A stretch of DNA of 64,000 bases from Azolla caroliniana (Eukaryota > Plantae > Polypodiophyta). Made by a program: the position numbers and the translations under genes. Each line of letters opens with the position of its first letter. Positions within the stretch are counted from its first letter, which is position 1. The DNA lies in contig JBHGNT010000009.1 of assembly GCA_043228905.1 (NCBI GenBank), positions 10,726,001 through 10,790,000 of the forward strand, read 5' to 3'. Under the pieces are notes generated by a model. It searched no databases. It was not told the origin of the DNA and was given only the letters and a program-made list of their open reading frames with translations. Of this stretch, positions 34,913 through 44,894 are shown piece after piece.

Positions 34913-36029
34913 GGGATGAAGGAAAAGGGAAATAAGAGACTAGTAGGGAAGGAGGGAGACAGAAGGAAGAGGGAGACTAGTAGTAAAATCGGTTCAAACT
35001 GTCAGGAACTCTATTAAGGCAGAGAAGGAATTAGTACTAAAAGAAGGGTTAGTACTATTGTTGGGGAATAGTACTAAGACAGAGAAGGATTAGTACTATG
35101 AGAGGTGTCGAACTTTGAGAGAAGGAATGAGTAAGTGAGAGAGAGAGAGAGAGAGAGAGAATGATGATGCGAAAGATATATGTATTATATGACGGAAGAT
35201 ATACAACAGTAGTTAGAAGGCTTAAGACTGGCGTTGAACCGATTTGGTTCGAACTAATGCCTTGCGCCTCCTTTTATAGTGTCTTCAGGAATACTCCTGA
35301 AGTTTCTAGAATGTTCCAGAGAAATCTGGAATATACATCAATTTCCCAATAAAACCTAAATGAAAATAATATCCTTCAAATTACAATTCATAACCTAATG
35401 GTAAAGTCTCGACCCGTGTAACAAAAGGTTATGGGTTCGAGTCTAGTTATGACATTTGCAACCCTACCCGTGAAGACAAAAAACCTTATATCGTTCCACC
35501 TACGTAACCAAATTAAGTGTGCAAACATAGATTGGAAAGCCCACTGGAAGAGCTTTCCAAGAGCTATAGAACGTCAAAAACTGACATCAGAATTGAGAGT
35601 TATGAAGAAAATACCGTACAACGCTACTCCTCAAACGCAAACGAAGAAGAAATGCCAAAATAGGAAATTCACTATTTCTTCGAGAGAAAAACCCTTTACA
35701 AAATGGGACTCTTTGATTGTTCCCCCCCCCTCCCCCCTCCCCCCCCCCCTTCTCCATGACAATAATCCTCCCCTCTTATACTAAATCGATGTCATTACAT
35801 GTAGGCCACGTGACACACACTTAGAGAAGCTTGTGCATGTGCGCGATATAAAGCATGCGGGCCATGTGGCACACATGTAGAGAAACTTTGTATGTGTGTT
35901 ATATGGTGCACATGAAATACATTACATGGTTTTGACTACACAACATTTGTTCCAAAATAATGCAAATAAATCCCTAAGAACAATAATATTAAAGAACTTT
36001 GAGTCTAGAATGTAAATCAACTCCAACGA

Positions 36030-36580
36030 GTTGAATCCAGTGGATCTCCTAGGAGTGATGGGTCACCAAACCAAGTCAAGATGCGTGGTTGTAGTTGAGG
36101 CAAGTGTGGAATCGTGGTGGCACCAATCGGTCGTATCCCTTTACGACACCGTGTTCGGCTTCGCCGAAATTTCTAGATTTGTCTTAATCAGTGCACTTCT
36201 TCCAACACTCGCTCTCCTTGTGGCCTTTCTTGCCACAGTACGAGCATTCCTAGTCAGGCTTTCCTTGCCAATCTCCGGCGCCACCGTGTCTCCCCCCCCC
36301 CTGTTTATGAAGGGTCCATAATTGTTGTCGACATTTCGATTTTGCCTCCATTATGAGCCGAGCCTCCCCGTCCACCATAACTACAGGGCCTATCTTCCTC
36401 TATGTACAACAACTTGTTGTCGACGTGCGTACTCATCGACACACCCGCATGGCTCTCCTCTACAAGGAGCATGTACTGTAAGTCGAAAAACGAAAGCATA
36501 TTCTCCCTCATGCAAACCGCCGTTCGGAATGCTGTGAACTTCAACGCCAAGCCCCCCGAGGCAGACCTGCACCATTTAGC
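36030..36580 (-). pseudogene. Copia gag fragment, possibly the 5' part of element G
   Basis: The minus strand encodes the zinc knuckle CSYCGKKGHKESEC and FFDLQYMLLVEE. Confidence 0.65.
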
Positions 36581-37404
36581 CTAAAAAATGGGAAAAACAA
36601 AAAGAAAACATTAAAAAAATGGGAAAAAAACACAAGAATGTTTGAATAACATTCGCATTCGTTTTCCAACGTAGGAAAACGAATGTTATCCTAGACGAAC
36701 ACGAATTTTACGTACTATGCATGTAACATATGTTTTAGATTTTCCATTTAAAAATATTTCACATACTCAACATATTCATCATATTTTACAAATATTTAAT
36801 GTTTTCTAAAAGTTAAAAAAAGAAATATTTTTTTAGAAAACTTTAAATATTAAAAAGTATTTGATGCATTTTACATGTAATTTACGTATTACTGTATTTT
36901 ATTCGTAGAATACATATTCTATGTATTTTAAAAAAAGGGTAGGATACTTTTAGAATAAGTATGTTAAGTATTCTACAACTATGCTTGTAACACATTGAAT
37001 AAAGTGCTCCCAACTTTGAACAAGAATTATGTTAAAGACCCATTGATAAGTAGGATCAAAGGAAGCAAATCATTTGGTCTCAATGAGATTAACAAGGTTG
37101 GGAAGTAACTAGAATATTCGTTATGGACCTGAAAAATTCAAGATTGGGCAAAAGTCTAGAGACATGACCTTTTGCCCCTATGTTTTTGTTGGAGCTTTTG
37201 GTGTTTCTTTGAAGTGTGACCTTATTTTCTACATTAACATGGAAGACTAAGTTGCTTAGATTTGTTTCAAAGAATTCAACGTATTTCCCAACAAGTTTTG
37301 ACTAACCAGGGATAAGCCATGTGTTTGTTACGATCCTTCCTTGAATTATGTTTATAGCGAAGTAAAATCTAGAGTTTAAATGTGATATAGTAATCAAGTG
37401 ATGG

Positions 37405-37900
37405 AGGTCAAAATGAGTCTCACCTTGAACAAACTGAAGCACTAAAAGCTTCGTTGGTTCTTTCTCATCTCTCAAATAAGGCTTCATGACCTTGGGCAAT
37501 TCACCATGATTTGTGTGTGAAATAATTTATGATATGTCCTCTTAACAAAAGAACTTTGTTTTCCTAACATCCATGTCCTAGTTGTGTAAATTGGACAACT
37601 CATTTGATTATGCCCTTAGGATGTCTAGGTAAGTGTGAAAGGGTTTTGCCCTAAATTGTAATCGTCTCGTTTTTCCAAAAATGACCAAACATCAAAATGA
37701 GTCTTACCTTCAATGAACCCAAGTGCTAAAAGCTTCGTTTGTTCTTTCTTATCTCTCAAATAAGGCTTCACGACCTTGGACAAATCACCATGATATGTGT
37801 GTGAAATAGTTTACAATATGTCCTCTTAAGAAACGAAATTCATTTTCGTAACATCCATGCCCAAGTTGTGTAAACTAGATGACTCATTTGATTACACACC
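37405..37900. repeat. Diverged tandem duplication (about 285-bp unit)
   Basis: CAAAATGAGTCT...CTAAAAGCTTCGTT...CTCTCAAATAAGGCTTCA occurs near 37410 and again near 37693. Confidence 0.7.
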
Positions 37901-38587
37901 TCGTCTCATTTTTACCAAAAATGACCAAACAACATGGGCACCACTTGATGCGGGATATACAAACAAGACAACCTATTTTGTCGTGCCAATAGACACATTC
38001 GTAGAATGAACCATAGGTATCATACGTGCATTCACATTCAAGAATGATTCAATCAAACGTGTATGGTAAATCATCTCAAAGTTGGATTGGATTGACTAGG
38101 GTCTATATTATATATTGATTCACTCTCAATCCCAATAAGTGGACTCTAATCCATTGTGAACCACCAACATAAGTATGGTTGCGATATTTGCATTGTATCA
38201 CATGCATACTTTTGGGATGCAAATCAAGACATCTGGGTGGAAGCATACGAGTGGAAACAATTAGCTATGTCCTTGACATAGCTAATTAGCTATGCAAAAA
38301 GCTACCATTGATAAATAGTCATTTTAGTAAAAAGCCATCATTAATAAATTAAGTATGCAAAAAACTACCATTGAAAATACTAGAGTGTTTTAATTACATA
38401 TGTAAATGAGTGCCATAAATGTGCAACATAAATTGATGTGTGCACCATAAATGTGTACCATAAATTATATATCGAATTCCTAGGTCCATTATGCATGATC
38501 CTTTGCCACATCACGTAGGCCATCTCTAGTTGAGTACTGTGGGTTAGTTGCTACCACTGTTGCTAAACCCTATCGAGTCCACCTGCC

Positions 38588-39280
38588 GCCACTCTACACT
38601 GAGGGGCCGCTACTGTGCGTTCCAAGCATCATCAAAGAGCTGCTCAATTTGACGGGGTTCTCTTCTCTGTGACACTCTACACTCAGGGGCCACTACTGTG
38701 CATTCCAAGCATCATCAAAGAGTTGTTCAATTTGACGGGGTTCTCTTCTCTGTGCCACTCTACACTCAGGGGCCATTACTGTGCATTCCAAGCATCATGA
38801 AAGAGCTGTTCAATCTGAGGGGGTTCTCTTCTCTGTGCCACTCTACACTCAGGGGCCATTACTGTGCGTTCCAAGCATCATCAAAGAGCTGTTCAATCTG
38901 AGGGGGTTCTCTTCTCTGTGCCACTCTACACTCAGGGGCCGCTGCTGTGCGTTCCAAGCATCATCAAAGAGCTGTTCAATCTGACGGGGTTCTCTTCTCT
39001 TTTCCACTCTCACTCAGGGGCCGCTACTGTGCGTTTCAAGCATCATTGGTAACTGTTCAATCTGACGGGGTTCTCTTCTCTATGCCACTCTATTCTCAAG
39101 TGCCTTCTATGTGCGTTTCAAGCATCATCGGTAACTGTTCAATCTGACGGGGTTCTCTCCTCCATTGCCATCATTCTATACTCAGTTGCCACTACTGTCC
39201 AGTCCCGGATTGCTTCCACATTTCGATTTGACGGAGTTCACTCATCCAACGGCAACATTCTACACTCAGTTGTTGCCATT
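38588..39280. repeat. 83-bp tandem array (about 8 units, decaying rightwards) upstream of the transposase
   Basis: Unit GCCACTCTACACTCAGGGGCC...CAAGCATCATCAAAGAGCTGTTCAAT...GGGGTTCTCTTCTCTGT. ORF starts at 38615, 38698, 38781, 38864 and 38947. Confidence 0.92.
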
Positions 39281-39493
39281 GGTCGGTCTTGGATCGCCTC
39301 CTCAACTGTTGGATCCAACAGAGTGAAATCCTCTACTGTTCGGTCTTGGATTGCAATAACTTTTCTGTCTATTGATTATCTTGTGTATTGTTGTGTCTAA
39401 TCTTGTGTATTGTGTGGAATATTTTTGTGTATTGTTGTTGCCCATAGCCATCTTTAATACTTGTTTTTTTTTCTGGAAATTTAGGGTTTTAAC

Positions 39494-42400
39494 ATGTCTA
39501 GCCAAATGGAAGGGGAAGAAGGGTGTTTAGAATTACCCCTCAATGATCATAAGGATAGGGATGATGTTATCAGGACACAACAAGCCATACGAAACTATTG
39601 GGCAGAAAAAAAAAGGAAACATCGTCAATTGTTGAAGGATACGAAAGCCACACTCAGTAAAGGTAAGGATAGTTTAGCTGAGAATGTAAGTAATGCGACT
39701 ACCATCATAGAGAGAAAGGTTGTAGACTATTTCAATGTTCAAACCAAGCACATCAGCAATGAAGAAAAGAAGGTAGTACTTTATGGAATATGTAATGATC
39801 CATCGATAAAGGACTTAGTTGATTGTGATGGTCTTAATGCAAACATATCATCTATTTTAGTAAATAATCTTCGTAATAGTTTCGTATCCATGAGCAGGTC
39901 AGAAGATGATCTTGTCTTAAAAAGGTCTAGTCTAATGATGTTACTTAATAGTGATGTTGAAGATATAAACATCAGTGAGCTATCTAAGATAATTGGTGTT
40001 AGTAGAAAAACAATGTACAATACAATGAACCGTATAATTTCCTCGGGTGAAGGAACTAGTCTACTAAAGCTAACTACAAGATGTAAGCCAATGACACCCA
40101 TAACATTTGAAATCAAGGATGTAATCACAATGTTTTGGACTAATGAGAGTAGGGTTTCACCCAATAAAAAGGATTTATGCAGGAAACGTGTTGGAAGAAA
40201 TCAATACGAGGAGCATCCCATTCATCTTCTTGATGTACCTCAGGTATTTACATTTATCTCAACATTTGTTTTGACTCTACTCGGAAAGTTAATTAGCTCA
40301 GTTAGCAGAAAAGCTAATTAGCTTATCAGTTACATTTACCTCAGTTAGCTACTAGGATCGCTACTACATAGGTAACTAGCTACTCTCAATAGTTACTACC
40401 ATGATAGCTAATTAGCTATTCTCAATAGCTAATTTAGGTACTACCAGATAATTAGCTGTACTGCTAGCTAGTTAGCTATCATGGTAGCTAGTTAGCTATT
40501 TCGTTATTACCAGCTAATTAGCTACTAGGAAAGCTAATTAGCTACCATGATAGCTAATTAGCTACTATGATAGCTACTACATAGGTAACTGGCTACTCTC
40601 AATAGCTACTACCATGATAGCTAATTAGTTAGGATAGCTAATTAGCCACCATTATAGCTAATTAGCTACTAGACCAGCTAATTAGCTACCATGATAGCTA
40701 ATTAGTTACTAGGACAGCTAATTAGCCACCATGATAGCTAATTAGCTACCATGATAGCTAATTAGCTACTAGAGCAGCTAATTAGCTACCATGATAGCTA
40801 ATTAGTTACTAGGAAAGCTAATCAGCCACCATTATAGCTAATTAGCTACTAGACCAGCTAATTAGCTACCATGATAGCTAATTAGCTACTAGACCAGCTA
40901 ATTAGCTACCATGATAGCTAATTAGTTACTAGGAAAGCTAATTAGCCACCATGATAGCTAATTAGCTACTAGACAAGCTAATTAGCTACCATGATAGCTA
41001 ATTAGTTACTAGGAAAGCTAATTAGCCACCATGATAGCTAATTAGCTACTAGACAAGCTAATTAGCTACCATGATAGCTAATTAGTTACTAGGAAAGCTA
41101 ATTAGCCACCATGATAGCTAATTAGCTACTAGAGCAGCTAATTAGCTACCATGATAGCTAATTAGCTACTAGGACAACTAATTAGCTACTAGGACAGCTA
41201 ATTAGCTACTAGAATAGCTAATTAGCTACCATGATAGCTAATTAGCTACTACGACAGCTAATTAACTACCATGATAGCTAATTAGCTACTAGGACAACTA
41301 ATTAGCTACTAGGACAGCTAATTAGCTACCATGATAGCTAATTAGCTACTAGAATAGCTAACTAGCTACTAGAATAGCTAACTAGCTACTAGAATAGCTA
41401 ACTAGCTACTAGAATAGCTAATTAGCTACTAGGATAGTTAGCTAGTTACGAGAATAACTAATTCCCCTTTATTACGCAGGTCGATTTATTTATTAGGTTC
41501 AAACGAATGCATCCAACTATCAAAGTTCAACTACGAACATTCGAGTCTCTTAAGCCACACTTTGTGAGACGCTTAAAGGATCGATACACATGTTGTTGCA
41601 TTTACCATGTACAGATGGGTTTTCTGAAGGACTCTGTTAATCTACTACGTCACCATAGCGCATCCCTAACTAATACTGTTTGCACATGTGGGTGCCCAAT
41701 CTGTCGATCAAGCCCGCAAGAGGAGTGTAAATCATCTGAGCACGTTATCTCTTCCATGAGTTATTTATTAGATTCAATATTGTGTCCGAGAGAAACTGAT
41801 GCTATCTTCCATATTCATAAATGTGTCATGGGTTTATGTCAAGATTGTGGCCCTACTAGATTTAGGTGGTGTCCAAATGAATTGAGTAGTGAAATATTGA
41901 TCTCTGTGAAGTTATTTGAGTCAGTGAACACCAATTTCGAAGGAAAGGTGTGTAAAAGAAAGGATCTAGTTCGGAAGATGCTTAAACCAAGGGATTTGGT
42001 GTCTCTGTTTGTAGTATCTCTAGGAAAGTTCATTAAACACAACTTCATTTATTCATGGCAGGCCCATCAGTTTAAGACTTGCATATCTGATTTCCCAAAT
42101 GATGTAGTAGTCTCAGTAGTAGATTTCGCAGAGAATTATACTTTCAAGCAGCAGAATGAAATTCAATCTATGCATTGGTGTTCAGTTCAGGTAACCATTT
42201 TTGTGCACATAACATATTTTCGAGTTTCAGGTGATGTTAAAAAAGTAATTCATTTCTTTATTTCCGATGATAAGAAGCATGATACCTTGTTCGTCCAACA
42301 CTGTTTTAAGTTACATTGGCAGTGGTTATTAGCTCAACGTTTGGAGCTTACTCAACATTGGGTCTGGTCTGATGGAGCTGCGTCACAATTCAAGGCTCGA

Positions 42401-43321
42401 CATCCATTTTATTTTGTGGGGAGGTATCCTGCTATAACAGGTTTGGAGATGAGATGGAATTTTTTTGGGTCTGGCCATGGTAAAGGTGAACATGATGGTG
42501 CAGGGGCTGTTATAAAGCGGGCACTTACCCATGAACAACTAAAGACAGATGGTGTGCACATGAATTGTGCATCACATGTAGTTGAATTTTTAAGAACAAA
42601 TATGTCGACGAGTGCCACAGGTGTTTATTCCTCGCAAGTTCGAGATATCAAACGTGAATTTTGGGAAGTGAAGATAGATGAAGTAAATAGGGAGAAGACC
42701 TGGGAGTGCCAAGAAATTCCCGAATTGCGATCTCTGCATGCTGTTCGCGGTTATTCCAGGTTGGATGGTCATTGTATTGCGGTTAGAGAATTGACTTGTT
42801 TTTGCTTCCATTGTGTGCAGGGAAATTGGAGATATTGTCTAAACAAAGCATACATTCATAATTGGGAGTATCACACTCTGAATGATAAGGAAGCAGTTGA
42901 TGGAGAAACAGGGCAGAATGCTGACTTCACATATGAGGGACTTGGAGATACTTTGAGTGATGTCCTGAACGTTGGGGATAACTTCGCTGTAAATGCTGAA
43001 GAAGGCAATTCAGAGGGTGCTGATTTCTATATATTAAAGTGCACGGTTAGTAAACAGTGTGCAAGGCAGAATATTGTAGATGCATGGGGAAATTTTGTAT
43101 CTGCCGGGACATTCTACATCGAAGGCATTTTTTATGCAAAACTAGATGACTACGAATATGTGTATAGGCTGTTAGAAGACAAACCAGCGGCGTATATGTA
43201 CTCTCATTTGGTCAGATGCATCAACGTCCCAATGTCAGAATACAATAGCTGCTCCGGTTTATACACTGTTGGTGCTAATGTGTATGAATGTATTTACAAT
43301 AGTATGCCATGGAATTTGTAG
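39494..43321 (+). CDS. Spliced DDD transposase, Sola2-like, 863 aa (exons 39494-40243, 41480-43321)
   Basis: A phase-0 GT-AG intron (40244-41479) joins LDVPQ to VDLFIRFKRMHP in frame. Catalytic motifs VVDFAENY, WSDGAASQFK and HGKGEHDGAG, plus Cys/His-rich zinc-binding clusters. No stops. Confidence 0.88.
40290..41462. repeat. Array of the palindrome TAGCTAATTAGCTA (about 20-bp period, several dozen copies) filling the transposase intron
   Basis: Repeats are separated by ~6-bp linkers such as CCATGA and CTAGGA. Confidence 0.95.
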
Positions 43322-43668
43322 CTACAAGTAGCACTTACCATGTTCTCTTGTAAAACAAACATGTATTTCGCGAAAACAGTTAAATAAATTCGTTTGGAAT
43401 CAATTTCTTGTATACAGTCTGCTTTCTGTGCTTCTTTCTCAATAAAATCATGTCTTTTTTGTTAAGTTTTAAGTTATAAGTTATAGCGAAATAGTCATCA
43501 GTAGCTAATTAGCTGTACAAATGCAGCTAATTAGCTGTCAATAGCTAAATAGTCATCAATAGAATGAAATCAACAATCTGCAACATATTCCTCAAATTAC
43601 ACAGTAGATAAGTACAGTGGGAACAAGTAATTAAATTCTTCATTGAATAATGTCATCTCTTTACATAT

Positions 43669-44645
43669 TTATAAATTACCATTGAAAATGTCTACAAATC
43701 TCCTATAAACAGCTAAGCTCTTGCTAGTCAGTGGAACGAGTCTACATATATTATCCGCATATTGAGCTCGGTATGGAGTCCACAACCATGCACCTAGTTG
43801 GCAGCTCACTGTTTGTACCAGGTACTGTTCAGGCATTTCCTCAGGTAGAATGAGACAGCATCTCCGAATATTGAAGTAGTGTCGGAAATGTTCTGTATCC
43901 AAAATCAATGTATTGTCGGCATTATATTCAGGCCAAGTAGCCCAAAAATCAGAAAGTCTCTTGAATCTTGCGGCTTCCATTTGCTCACAATTTTCTCGTG
44001 CCCATTGACCTTTAAAACGACTTCGCCATTTTGGGAAGAATCTTGCCAAACACTTCCACACATCTGATTTTGGTTTTTCACTCCAAATAAACAAATCAAA
44101 GTATTCCACAGCCCACTCTAGAAACTGATTTGCGTCCCTCCTTGGCTGCATATATCTCACACTCATCAAGACTTTATCAAGCTCCAAGATCAAGGCTCTT
44201 CTTTCGACTTCTAGTGGTTTAGGTTTCCATTCCTGAAACTGAGCCGCTGTTACACCATTTTCTGGTAGGATACGATCAATCTCAATCAGCTCAGGTTCGG
44301 CTGACACAACTGGTGTCCTTTTCCTCTTTAAACCCCTAGTCGACTGTGTTGGGCCTAGCTTCACATTCTGGTGCTCTTGTTTTGTCGACTTAGTTATCAA
44401 TCCTTGGATTACCTCAGTGCATGTAGCTACTGTTCTGCTCGATATCAGTCCACTGGTATCACATGCTGCATCTACCTGCAACACCAAGTCATCCGTGCTA
44501 CATGCTTGATCAACTTGTGTGACCAGATCACTTGTGTCAGTTGCTACATCTACTTTCAAGATGGGGCCCTTTAAACATGCCGCAACATCAACAGTATCCA
44601 CACTGCCATTGGCCTTACGAGCAATAGAATCAAACCCTTTAGACT
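43669..44645 (-). CDS. Terminal exon encoding an FCP1/NIF (HAD) CTD-phosphatase-like domain, probably catalytically degenerate
   Basis: ALILELDKVL...RRDANQFLEWAVEYFDLFIWS...FKRLSDFW...YNADNTLILDT resembles the FCP1-homology domain. Phase-1 acceptor TTGCAG at 44646. How it links to the upstream exons is uncertain. Confidence 0.6.
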
Positions 44646-44894
44646 CTGCAACATCAGAAAACACCAACATATTCACACTCACAAAGTAACTAATAGTCTC
44701 ACAAAACAATATCCTGAACATCAAAGAGTTTCAGTCATAGAACAACACTCTTCAAATTATCTTGGAAAAACATCATAGAGTTCCATTACATAATGTGGAT
44801 CAAGCAACAACCATTCTGAGGTTTTACTTGTCCAACAGGATAGTAAAACTTCATAAAACCCTAGCAAAATCCCTAAGCTAACAATCATATCCAA

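Larger units (their letters stand above)
29708..35454 (-). mobile_element. Intact chromovirus-type Ty3/Gypsy element J (Tcn1/Tf1-sushi-like)
   Basis: LTRs 29708-30166 and 35000-35454 look identical except for (GA)14 versus (GA)12. TSD TTTGC, PPT present, gag and pol uninterrupted. Confidence 0.97.
28106..35945 (-). mobile_element. 5' part of a diverged tRNA-Trp-primed Gypsy element (I): gag remnants plus a 5' LTR split by chromovirus J
   Basis: Gag fragments (CLWCDSLEHRRSEC) and PBS 29541-29558. The LTR runs from TGTCGTGT at 29561 to ACACAACA at 35945; the right end is inferred. Confidence 0.75.

Noticed and set aside
38588-39280. Small repeated ORFs in the 83-bp array, and likewise in 17777-18550
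   Set aside because: They are by-products of tandem repetition and have no recognisable domain.
39494-40321. Stand-alone 275-aa gene
   Set aside because: It splices in frame at 40243 to the transposase exon at 41480, so it is exon 1 of the transposase.
40290-41462. CRISPR-like array (palindromic repeat plus spacers)
   Set aside because: The repeat is only 14 bp, the linkers are about 6 bp and recurrent rather than unique, there are no cas genes, and the context is a eukaryotic intron.
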